Below, piece after piece: positions 18,843 through 26,656 of a DNA stretch of 32,000 nt. Source of the DNA: Mycolicibacterium smegmatis (lineage in GTDB: Bacteria; Actinomycetota; Actinomycetes; Mycobacteriales; Mycobacteriaceae); assembly GCF_001457595.1 (NCBI RefSeq), contig NZ_LN831039.1, positions 2,610,001 to 2,642,000 of the forward strand, in the 5' to 3' direction. Position 1 is the stretch's first letter; the number at the start of each line of letters is the position of its first letter. Below the pieces are notes generated by a model. That model was given only the letters and a program-made list of their open reading frames with translations. It was not told where the DNA came from and searched no databases. The translations under genes and the position numbers were made by a program.

Positions 18843-19910
18843 TCACAGCGCGGTGTTGAGCCGTTTCCAGACCTCACCGTAGGCGGCGAGCTCGCTGAAC
18901 CCACCGTCGACCGCCAAATCGATCCCGGTGATGAAACTGGCCTCGTCGCTGGCCAGAAACAGTGCCGCGGAAGCCATTTCGGAAGGCTGTGCGGCGCGGC
19001 CGAGCGGAGTCAGGCTCCTCAGCTCGGCGAACACCCGGCTGCCCGCGTCCACCATCGGCGTCTCGACGACACCGGGGTGCATCGCGTTCACCCTGATGCC
19101 CGATGAGGCCAGTTCCATGGCGGCGGCCTTGGTGAGCCCGCGCACTGCCCATTTGGAGGCCGAGTACGCGGCGACAGGATGGCCCATGATCCCCGCCGTT
19201 GAGCCGATGTTGATGATGCTGCCGTTGCCGGAGCGCTTCATCAGAGGCGCGCACGCCTGCATCCCCAACATCTGTCCTTTGGTGTTGACCGCGACAATCC
19301 GATCCCATTCTTCGGATGTCGTGTCGGTGAGCTGATGGCGGACGTTGATACCGGCGTTGTTGATCAGCACATCCAGTCGTCCGGCGCCGGCATCGATGTG
19401 GGCGACGGTCCGACTCCACTGTTCGGCATCGGTGACGTCGAGGAATCTGAAATCCGCCTGTAGCCCGGATCCGCGGAGTTCGGCCGCCAGTTTCTCGCCT
19501 TCTTCCTCCAGGACGTCGCAGATGTAGACATGGGCACCGTGCTGCGCGAAAAGCCTGGCCTCGGCTTCACCTTGACCGCGCGCACCGCCGGTGATCAGTG
19601 CGACCTTGCCGGCCAGCCGTCCCTGTCCTGAGCGCCCGCGGGACGCCTCGGAAACGCCGGCCGCCCTCGGCTCGAGCGCGAGCGTTTCCACCCGTTGGAT
19701 CCCGGGTGCGTCGGTGGCGGGGCGTGCGCCGGATTCGTCGGTGTGACACACGATCTCGACGACGATTGTCGGATCCGACGGTGACGCCGAGATGCCCAGT
19801 GTCTCCGTCCCGCGGTCTTGGCGTCGGTCGTGCGACGCCGACGTCTGCAGGAAGTGCGCGGCGGTCTCCGGTGACCGGAAGTGGTAGCGCAGTAACTCGT
19901 AGGTCGGCAT
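18843..19910 (-). CDS. Short-chain dehydrogenase/reductase with an approximately 100-aa N-terminal extension
   Basis: LAGKVALITGGARGQGEAEARLFAQHGAHVYICDV, NNAG, YSASKWAVRGLTKAAAMELA, IRVNAMHPGVVETPM, TGIDLAVDGGF. N-terminal MPTYELLRYHFRSPETAAHFLQ...DPTIVVEIVCHTDES precedes the SDR fold. Confidence 0.88.
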   Translation of the reverse strand: MPTYELLRYHFRSPETAAHFLQTSASHDRRQDRGTETLGISASPSDPTIVVEIVCHTDESGARPATDAPGIQRVETLALEPRAAGVSEASRGRSGQGRLAGKVALITGGARGQGEAEARLFAQHGAHVYICDVLEEEGEKLAAELRGSGLQADFRFLDVTDAEQWSRTVAHIDAGAGRLDVLINNAGINVRHQLTDTTSEEWDRIVAVNTKGQMLGMQACAPLMKRSGNGSIINIGSTAGIMGHPVAAYSASKWAVRGLTKAAAMELASSGIRVNAMHPGVVETPMVDAGSRVFAELRSLTPLGRAAQPSEMASAALFLASDEASFITGIDLAVDGGFSELAAYGEVWKRLNTAL

Positions 19911-19935
19911 GGGAGTGTCCTATTCCGAACGAAGA

Positions 19936-20799
19936 TCAGTTATGTGCGGGGCGGCGCTGCGAAGCCACGATGGTGTTGCGCAGAACCCCGAGTTTCTCCA
20001 CCTCCACCTCGACGTGGTCGCCCGGGTGGAGCAGCCAGGCTGGGGTGCGGGCGTAACCGACGCCCGACGGAGTGCCCGTGGCCAACAGATCACCGGGCCG
20101 CAGTGTGAGTGTGCGGGATATGTGCGCCAGCGTCTCTCCGACCGTATAGACCATCTCGTCGGTCGAGGCGTCCTGCACGGTTGTGCCGTTGACGCGGGTG
20201 CGGACGCGCAGACCGTCGCGGAGGTCCCCCACGTCGTGGGCCGGCACGAGGGGCCCGAGTGGTCCCGAGCGGTCCGCGTTCTTCCCGAGGATCCACTGTG
20301 AGGTGATCTTCTGGGCGCGGCGAGCCGTGACGTCGTTGAACGTCGAGTATCCGACCACCGCGTCGAGCGCCTCATCGGCTGTCGCACAGGAGAGTTCGCG
20401 GCCCACCCAGGCCACCACCTCGCCCTCCCAGTCGAGCCCTTCTTCGTCGGTGGGAACAGGGATCTGGGCGCCGTCGACGGTGAGCGTGGACGGCCACCGG
20501 GCGAACAGTGTCGGGAACTCGGGCAGCGGCTCGGCCCCGTAACTGCCCTCGGCCACATGTTTGAGGTAGTTGAGGCCGATGCAGATCACCTTTGCGCCGG
20601 GCAGGACCGGTGGCACCAGGGTCACCTCGTCGCGTGGCAGCACTGCTCCTGCGGGCTCCTCGGCGAGGTGAGCCGTTGGATCGCACCAGAACTCGTCAAG
20701 GCCGGCGAGAACCCGGACCGCGTCGCCGGTATCCGTCAGGGCGGCGACCTCGACGCGATCCGATCCGGTCCGCCTGATTCCGACGACGCGCATGCGCAT
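19936..20799 (-). CDS. Fumarylacetoacetate hydrolase family protein
   Basis: KVICIGLNYLKHVAEG, PTLFARWPSTLTVDG, DWEGEVVAWVGRE, GYSTFNDVTARRAQ, TGTPSGVGYARTPAWLLHPGDHVEVEVEKLGVLRNTI. Confidence 0.92.
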   Translation of the reverse strand: MRMRVVGIRRTGSDRVEVAALTDTGDAVRVLAGLDEFWCDPTAHLAEEPAGAVLPRDEVTLVPPVLPGAKVICIGLNYLKHVAEGSYGAEPLPEFPTLFARWPSTLTVDGAQIPVPTDEEGLDWEGEVVAWVGRELSCATADEALDAVVGYSTFNDVTARRAQKITSQWILGKNADRSGPLGPLVPAHDVGDLRDGLRVRTRVNGTTVQDASTDEMVYTVGETLAHISRTLTLRPGDLLATGTPSGVGYARTPAWLLHPGDHVEVEVEKLGVLRNTIVASQRRPAHN

Positions 20800-20830
20800 T
20801 CCTTCCTAAACCGGGTGAAAACCCTCTAAC

Positions 20831-20840
20831 CCTTCGAAGG
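20831..20840. promoter_or_regulatory. Candidate operator palindrome in the FAH/GntR divergent intergenic region
   Basis: CCTTCGAAGG is a perfect 10-bp palindrome within acCCTTCGAAGGtt, 21 bp upstream of the ATG at 20862 and between divergent genes. Confidence 0.4.
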
Positions 20841-20861
20841 TTTTTGTGATTGAATGCGACT

Positions 20862-21602
20862 ATGCCGGACAAACCACCCGAGAAGCAAGCGGCTGCGTCC
20901 CCTCGCCGCCGTGGGGTCAAGGCCATGCCACCGGATCTCGGTCCGCGCACGCGGGCCGAACAGCTCGCGGCGGTCATCGATGCCCGCATCCGCGACGGTG
21001 AATTTCGGCCCGGCGAGTCGATCGGCACGCTGGAGTCGTTGCGGGCGGAGACGAAATTCGCGTATTCGACGGTCAGCGAGGCGGTGCGCCTGCTGCGTGA
21101 TCGCGGGATCATCGAGATCCGGCCGGGTCGCGGCGGCGGACTGTTCGTCGCCGACGCGGGACCGGTGGTGCGGATGCGTCGCACCCTGCTCAGGGTGTCC
21201 GACCACCCCGAGACGGTGGCCGACGCCGTCGAGTTGCGGGACCACCTCGAGATCCTGATCGCCACGTCGGCGGCACGCCATCGCACCACCCGTGACGTCG
21301 CCGACCTTCGTGCCTTGCTCGACGCCATGGAGCAGGCCGACACCTGGGAGGACTTCGTCCGCGAGAACTGGGTGCTACACGAGCGGATCGCCCAGATCTG
21401 CCCGAACGAGATGGCGCGGGCGGTCTACGTGGGGACTCTCGGCCACCTGCGCTCCACCTCGTCGTCGTCCCCCGACGACCACACTTCCGACGAGTACCGA
21501 CAGCAACGCGTGCACGTCCACCGCGAACTCGTCGACGCCATCGAATCCGGAGACGAGAACGCCGTGCGAGACGTGGTCACCCGCCACAACGCCCCCGTGT
21601 GA
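20862..21602 (+). CDS. GntR family transcriptional regulator (FadR/FCD type)
   Basis: RAEQLAAVIDARIRDGEFRPGESIGTLESLRAETKFAYSTVSEAVRLLRDRGIIEIRPGRGGGLFVA. FCD-like C-terminal domain with ELRDHLEILIATSAARHRT. ATG 20862 preferred over the TTG at 20850. Confidence 0.9.
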   Translation: MPDKPPEKQAAASPRRRGVKAMPPDLGPRTRAEQLAAVIDARIRDGEFRPGESIGTLESLRAETKFAYSTVSEAVRLLRDRGIIEIRPGRGGGLFVADAGPVVRMRRTLLRVSDHPETVADAVELRDHLEILIATSAARHRTTRDVADLRALLDAMEQADTWEDFVRENWVLHERIAQICPNEMARAVYVGTLGHLRSTSSSSPDDHTSDEYRQQRVHVHRELVDAIESGDENAVRDVVTRHNAPV

Positions 21603-21612
21603 GAGGTTCGCC

Positions 21613-22857
21613 ATGACCAGCAATTTTCGTGAGTATCTCTTCGCCCCCGACCATCCCCGGCTGGCCGAACTGCGAGAGCTCGATGCCTACGCCTATCGGA
21701 CGGTGGCACGCCGGCCGGGGACGTTCACCGGCGATCTGGTCGCCGGATGGACCCCCTTGTACAAGAACGAGTTTCGCGGTGTCACCGAGGACGGCACGCT
21801 GCGTGAGGACGTGCACTGCCTTGAACCGGCACGGGCGGGAGAAGCGGCACCGGTTCCGGAGATGGTGGCTGCGGCCGCGGACCTGCTGGCCGGCCTCGAC
21901 GACGAGAGCCGAGAGCGGATCCGGTATCGCGTCGACGCCCCGGAATGGCAGACCTGGGCCAACCCGGAGTTCATGCAGTTCGACACCGGGATACGCCTGG
22001 AGTTCCAATCCGAGGACGTCCGACGCAAGGCCCTGCGATTGATGGCGTCGTCGCTGAGCCCGCAGGGTTACGAGCTGGCGCGCAACATGATGCTGATCAA
22101 CGGATTCCTCGGCGAGGTCGTCGGTTTGCCAGGCATTCTCAACGAATTCAGTTACAACATGGCGATCTACGGCACACCTCATGAAACCAGACCGTGGGGA
22201 TGGCAGGTGTTCGGTCATCACCTGGCCGTGAACTGCTTCGTGGTCGACGGCCGGATGGTCATCAGCCCGCTGTTCCTGGGTGCCGAGCCGAACGAGATCG
22301 ACGAAGGGGAGCACGCCGGGGTCACCTCGTTCGGGACCCGCATCGAGTTGGGGCTGGCGCTGATGGCCGAGCTGACGCCCGAACAGCGCTGCGCAGCAAC
22401 CGTGTACGAGCAGATGGTCGATCCCGCGATGCCGCCGGGACGTGTACACCCGGGTGACGAACGTCATCTCGCCGGCGCGTTCCAGGACAATCGGCAGATC
22501 CCGTTCGAGGGTGTACGCGTGGCCGACCTGTCCTGCCGGGCACAAGAACTCGTTCTCGAAATCGTCGAACAGTTCGTCGCGCTGTTGCCGGACGGACCTC
22601 GCGCCGCACGTATGCGCGAAGTGCGGAAAATGCTCTCGCAGACCTGGTTCAGCTGGATCGGCGGGCACCGCCCCGGCGACGTCTTCTATTACCGCGTCCA
22701 ATCACCGGTGATCATCGCCGAACTCGATCACCACTGTGGGGTGTTCCTCGACTACGACACCCCCAAGCCCTTCCACATCCACACGGTTGTCCGTACCCCG
22801 CACGGCAACGACTACGGGCGCGCATACTTACGGCAATGGGAGCAGGGGCACCGATGA
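21613..22857 (+). CDS. DUF3500-family-like protein of unknown function
   Basis: AAAADLLAGLDDESRERIRYRVDAPEWQTWANPE...YGTPHETRPWGWQVFGHHLAVNCFVVDGRMVISPLFLGAEPNEI...GHRPGDVFYYRVQSPVIIAELDHHCG matches the remembered DUF3500 pattern. Confidence 0.8.
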   Translation: MTSNFREYLFAPDHPRLAELRELDAYAYRTVARRPGTFTGDLVAGWTPLYKNEFRGVTEDGTLREDVHCLEPARAGEAAPVPEMVAAAADLLAGLDDESRERIRYRVDAPEWQTWANPEFMQFDTGIRLEFQSEDVRRKALRLMASSLSPQGYELARNMMLINGFLGEVVGLPGILNEFSYNMAIYGTPHETRPWGWQVFGHHLAVNCFVVDGRMVISPLFLGAEPNEIDEGEHAGVTSFGTRIELGLALMAELTPEQRCAATVYEQMVDPAMPPGRVHPGDERHLAGAFQDNRQIPFEGVRVADLSCRAQELVLEIVEQFVALLPDGPRAARMREVRKMLSQTWFSWIGGHRPGDVFYYRVQSPVIIAELDHHCGVFLDYDTPKPFHIHTVVRTPHGNDYGRAYLRQWEQGHR

Positions 22858-23273
22858 GCGTCAGCACCTCGAGGACGGTGAGCGGCGAGGTGGCTCGCCA
22901 TCATGTGGCCAACCTGCTCTACACCTACGTCGACATCGCCGACCGCAAGGACATCGACGCGGCCGTGGGTCTTCTGGGGAATGCGCGTGTCCGGTTCCCG
23001 GACAACGGTTTCGAGACCATCGACGATGCCCGGCCGTTCTTCACCCGCTTGTGGGCATCGTCCACCGCGCACCGGCACGATGTCGGCAACCTCCGCGTGG
23101 AACCCGGTGCGGGTTCGTACTGGCGTGCATACGCCCACTACACGCGTTGGTTGTTCACGCCGGGTCCGGTGCTGCACACGCTCGGCGAGTACGCGCTCGA
23201 CATCGATGCGCGAACGTGGTCGATAACAGCCCTGACGGTGACCAGAACGTGGATGAGGGCCGAAAGTGGCTGA
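22854..23273 (+). CDS. SnoaL-like/nuclear transport factor 2 family protein
   Basis: ATGA overlap with the previous gene. VARHHVANLLYTYVDIADRKDIDAAVGLLGNARVRFPDNGFETIDDARPFFTRLWASSTAHRHDVGNLRVE has the small cone-fold polyketide-cyclase-like layout. Confidence 0.7.
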   Translation: MSVSTSRTVSGEVARHHVANLLYTYVDIADRKDIDAAVGLLGNARVRFPDNGFETIDDARPFFTRLWASSTAHRHDVGNLRVEPGAGSYWRAYAHYTRWLFTPGPVLHTLGEYALDIDARTWSITALTVTRTWMRAESG

Positions 23274-23988
23274 CATAGGCCGGTCCACGCTGGTGCTGGA
23301 CGCGCTCGCCGAAGCGTCGAAGCCACTTACGCTGAGTGAGCTCGCCACTCGCACGGGACTGCCTCGCTCCACGGTGCATCGCATCGTGCAGTCTCTTGAG
23401 CGCAGTCTGTACCTGGTGCGGGGAGTCGACCGCCACGGTTACTCTCTGGGCCCGGGCCTGCTCAAGTTCGGGATGAACGCGCATCTGCGCCTGCTGGCCG
23501 GCAACCGCCCCCTGCTGGCCCGTCTTGTGCGTGAGGTGGGCGAGAACGTCGAACTGGCCATATTCAGCGGGCGCGAAGTGGTGGTGGTCGACCAACTCGC
23601 GTCGGTGAACCGACTGCACGGCGTCACCAAGGTCGGGAAGAGCTTCTCGCTGCACGCCAGTTGTATCGGCCTGGCGCTCTTGGCCCATCTGCCCGACGAT
23701 CAGGTGGCAGGGCTTCTCTCGCCACCGCTGCAGCGGTTCACCGAACACACCGTCACGGACCTGCCCGCCATCATGGGCAGGCTCGACGAGGTGCGACGTA
23801 CCCAGATCGCCGTGGACACCGAGGAGCACGACGTGGGGATCTGCGCGGTCGCCACCGCCTTCCCAGGGCCTACCGGCGCTCTGCAGGCGGTGGCGGTCGT
23901 CATGCCCACCGCGCGATTCCGGGCAAAGCGTGAGCGGGCCGTCGAGAGCCTCCAACGGATCAACCCGCTGCTCGCGCACCGCAACTGA
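23266..23988 (+). CDS. IclR family transcriptional regulator
   Basis: GRSTLVLDALAEASKPLTLSELATRTGLPRSTVHRIVQSLERSLYLVR...YSLGPGLLKFG...HASCIGLALLAHLPDD. GTG start overlaps the upstream gene by 8 nt. Confidence 0.92.
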   Translation: MADIGRSTLVLDALAEASKPLTLSELATRTGLPRSTVHRIVQSLERSLYLVRGVDRHGYSLGPGLLKFGMNAHLRLLAGNRPLLARLVREVGENVELAIFSGREVVVVDQLASVNRLHGVTKVGKSFSLHASCIGLALLAHLPDDQVAGLLSPPLQRFTEHTVTDLPAIMGRLDEVRRTQIAVDTEEHDVGICAVATAFPGPTGALQAVAVVMPTARFRAKRERAVESLQRINPLLAHRN

Positions 23989-23997
23989 GCGCGGCGG

Positions 23998-24027
23998 ACG
24001 TCACCACGGCGCACGTCACCACGGCGC
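23998..24027. repeat. Perfect 2 x 15-bp tandem direct repeat (ACGTCACCACGGCGC)
   Basis: Copies at 23998-24012 and 24013-24027; the second spans the stop codon of the 24016 minus-strand gene. Confidence 0.9.
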
Positions 24028-24705
24028 AACCGGCGGAATCTTGTCCCTGTTCTCGGCGACGTACAGTCCGCCGAGGATGCGCGACAGAAACGTGAATTCG
24101 TTGTAGGCGTGCAGCAACAGGTTGCGAGCCAGCTCATCTGGGACTTCGGCTGCGACCTCGGAGGGGGTCAGACCCATTGCAGGCAGATCCGTGCCGAGGT
24201 GGAAGTGGCTGCGCAAGGCGAACCCCCATGGAGTGTCCCGCCCGACGTGCAGCAGGCGACCGCCCAAGATCTTGCCGGATGTGTCTCGCGGCGGGTGATG
24301 GCCGGTTCCCACCCGGCCGAGGACCGATCCGCTGACGTCACCACGATCCACCGCAGTGCGGTACCTCTCGGCGTCGAACACGTCGTCGGCACCGTGGAAC
24401 TGGGTGACGAGTTCGGCGGCGGGGGCGTCGGCGAACCGTTCGACGACGATGTGTTCGCTGCCCACGTGGGTATCCGGCGACAGGTCGCCGGCCCAGTGGC
24501 TGGAGACGTGGTCGATCGGGTGCCACCAGATGTACTTCTGGGTATCGCAGCGCCAGCGGAACCACCACTCGAACATCGCGGTCTTGCAGTCGTGCATGTC
24601 GGTGCGGGCCGCGATGTGCAGGGTCCCGTCATCGAGGCGCCGATACCCGGTCTCCATCGGTAGCGGCAGGGGATCGAGAAGCTCGTTCCAGTCGATCGTG
24701 GTCAT
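24016..24705 (-). CDS. DAPG hydrolase (PhlG)-like family protein
   Basis: MTTIDWNELLDPLPLPMETGYRRLDDGTLHIAARTDMHDCKTAMFEWWFRWRCDTQKYIWWHPIDHVSSHW, and a C-terminal NLLLHAYNEFTFLSRILGGLY. The track extension to 25383 overlaps the monooxygenase and was not accepted. Confidence 0.72.
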   Translation of the reverse strand: MTTIDWNELLDPLPLPMETGYRRLDDGTLHIAARTDMHDCKTAMFEWWFRWRCDTQKYIWWHPIDHVSSHWAGDLSPDTHVGSEHIVVERFADAPAAELVTQFHGADDVFDAERYRTAVDRGDVSGSVLGRVGTGHHPPRDTSGKILGGRLLHVGRDTPWGFALRSHFHLGTDLPAMGLTPSEVAAEVPDELARNLLLHAYNEFTFLSRILGGLYVAENRDKIPPVAPW

Positions 24706-24740
24706 GGTGTTGTCGGCGTTCCCTTCTGAATTGTTCACTG

Positions 24741-26318
24741 TCACCGCGACACCGGGTGTGCGGACACCACGGATTGTCCGGACACGCTGGTGAGCAGGCC
24801 GGTGATCAGGTCGTGAGTCCGGTCGGCCGGTCCGGCGCCGTAGACATGGAAGTCCGGGCGGATCACGACGGTGTCGGCGCCGAGTTCGTCGAGCCATGCG
24901 CGGTAGGTGCCGTCGACATCGTCGGCGACGACGATGCCTGCACTCGGCGTGCCCGCCAGCGCGACCGACGCCATCCCGAGATCTGCCAGGCCGGAACGCA
25001 CATCGGGCGAGATCTCGGCCAGCGTCGCCGCGGTCCGTGTGATGACGGCGCCCGGCCCGCCCAGCGCATCGTCGAACAGAGTGGGTTCGGCCGAACCCAT
25101 CCGGATCCGCCCCTGCCTGGCGAGCGTGCCACCCGCTTCGCCGACGTGCAGGCCCGCACCCAGGCCGGGGCGCGGCGGCGCGGGAGGCGCCATCCCGGCC
25201 CGCCAGTCGGCAATCATGCGTTCGTCGCGCGCGGCCGCCTCGTGCTCGTCGGTGATGCAGATGACCTGCCCCAGCGAGGTGGAGAACTTCACGAAAGCCA
25301 CAGCGTGGTGCAGGCGTTCGCTGCCGTAGGTGTCCAGTAGTCCGGCGTCGGCGCGCCCACGCAGGACCGCATCGAGCTTCCACGACAGGTTCATCGCGTC
25401 ACGCATGCCGGCACCGAGGCCCTGGCCTGCGAACGGCGGCATCAGATGGGCTGCGTCACCGGCGACCAGCACGCGCCCGTCACGCCATCGATCGGCCCAG
25501 CATGCCTTGAAGGTGTACACCGCGTGGCGCTCCAGTCGAGCATTGCCGGGGCCCACTCCGAACGGCGCGAGCAACTCCCACGCCTTTGCGTCCGTGTTGA
25601 GTTCCTCGCGGCTCTCGTGGGGGAGACGCATGAACTCCCACCGCCGTCGGCCGGGTCCCCCAGGAACCATCGTCGCCGGGCGCCGGTGATCACAGCTCTG
25701 CACCGCGATGTGCGGAAAGTTCAGTTCGTGCGACGGTTTCACATCGACCACCAACCAATCGAAGTAGTAACCGTCGTTGTGCCAGCCCAAGCCGGCCCAC
25801 TCGCGGACCTTGCTGTTGGCGCCGTCGGCGCCGATGACCCACTCGGCGTCGATCGTCATCTCGGCACCGGTCGAGGCCGACCGGATCGCCACAGTCGCGC
25901 GATCCTCGCACTGCCTCAGCGCGGTCGCCTCCCATCCGCGGATGACGCGAACGTTGTCCACGCCTGCGACGTGTGCTTCCAGTGCATCCTCGAGCGCCGG
26001 CTGGTTGAAGAAATATGTGTTGTACCAACCCGATTCGCCTCGACCGCTCCAGTCGACGTCCAGCAGGGTGTCGTTATCGCCGTTGCGCCACCGGTACATG
26101 TCGTCGTAGGGCTCGGTGATGTGCGGGATCTTGTCCGGGCTCAGGCCGACCGACTGGAGGATCCGTGCGACGTCCGAACAGTGGGTCACCGCGCGCGGCA
26201 ACGGATAGCTGGCCTCGTTGCGGTCGACGACGATGACCGAATGGCCGCGGCGGCCCAGCTGAACAGCGAGGAGCTTTCCCACCGGGCCGAAGCCGACGAT
26301 CACGACTTCTGTGGTCAT
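24741..26318 (-). CDS. FAD-dependent monooxygenase (aromatic hydroxylase, MhpA/PheA/TfdB-like)
   Basis: MTTEVVIVGFGPVGKLLAVQLGRRGHSVIVVDR (GxGxxG), DGANSKVREWAG, DGRVLVAGDAAHLMPPFAGQGLGAGMRDAMNLSWKL. The track start at 26348 adds ten residues and is an alternative. Confidence 0.88.
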   Translation of the reverse strand: MTTEVVIVGFGPVGKLLAVQLGRRGHSVIVVDRNEASYPLPRAVTHCSDVARILQSVGLSPDKIPHITEPYDDMYRWRNGDNDTLLDVDWSGRGESGWYNTYFFNQPALEDALEAHVAGVDNVRVIRGWEATALRQCEDRATVAIRSASTGAEMTIDAEWVIGADGANSKVREWAGLGWHNDGYYFDWLVVDVKPSHELNFPHIAVQSCDHRRPATMVPGGPGRRRWEFMRLPHESREELNTDAKAWELLAPFGVGPGNARLERHAVYTFKACWADRWRDGRVLVAGDAAHLMPPFAGQGLGAGMRDAMNLSWKLDAVLRGRADAGLLDTYGSERLHHAVAFVKFSTSLGQVICITDEHEAAARDERMIADWRAGMAPPAPPRPGLGAGLHVGEAGGTLARQGRIRMGSAEPTLFDDALGGPGAVITRTAATLAEISPDVRSGLADLGMASVALAGTPSAGIVVADDVDGTYRAWLDELGADTVVIRPDFHVYGAGPADRTHDLITGLLTSVSGQSVVSAHPVSR

Positions 26319-26424
26319 CTGGTGTGCGGAGGCACGGCTGGTGTTCAAGGCGATCCATTCTCACGAGCAGGCAGGGTGGCTGCGCTCAGGATGGGTGCCG
26401 GTCACGCTGTGTGTCAGTCGTGAC

Positions 26425-26441
26425 GTCCCGTATTTCGGGAC
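26425..26441. promoter_or_regulatory. Inverted repeat in the divergent monooxygenase/MFS intergenic region, candidate operator
   Basis: GTCCCG-tattt-CGGGAC: perfect 6-bp arms with 5-nt centre. Confidence 0.4.
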
Positions 26442-26543
26442 ACTGAACGCAGCCCGGCCGGGCCGGCTGGGGAATTGACGCGCGTCGAACCCGTTGCAGG
26501 CGGGAACGTATGTCGTAGTCGTCTTGCCGATCACCCCGAACCG

Positions 26544-26567
26544 TGACAATCTTCAGATTGTCAACAA
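26544..26567. promoter_or_regulatory. Candidate GntR-type operator region upstream of the MFS gene
   Basis: TGACAATC-ttca-GATTGTCA has perfect 8-bp arms. Overlapping GATTGTCAACAA (26556-26567) resembles GATTGTCGACAA at 29414. Confidence 0.5.
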
Positions 26568-26656
26568 AACTACGACCTGGTCGGATGATCTCATCGCGAC
26601 CCGATCGCACGTATGCGGTCAGTCCGTTCAGTGTCGATGCACGACGAGGAGGGCCC

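Noticed and set aside
21577-22701. 374-aa minus-strand ORF opposite the DUF3500-like gene
   Set aside because: Antisense shadow. The plus-strand product has conserved family-like sequence and coupled neighbours.
24775-24784. TGTCCGGACA palindrome near the 3' end of the monooxygenase gene, beginning with a GATTGTC half-site
   Set aside because: It lies inside coding sequence at a gene 3' end, and 10-bp GC-rich palindromes are expected by chance here.
24706-25383. Upstream extension of the DAPG-hydrolase-like ORF as given in the track
   Set aside because: It would overlap the flavin monooxygenase in another frame of the same strand. Homology-like sequence begins at MTTIDWNE (24705).
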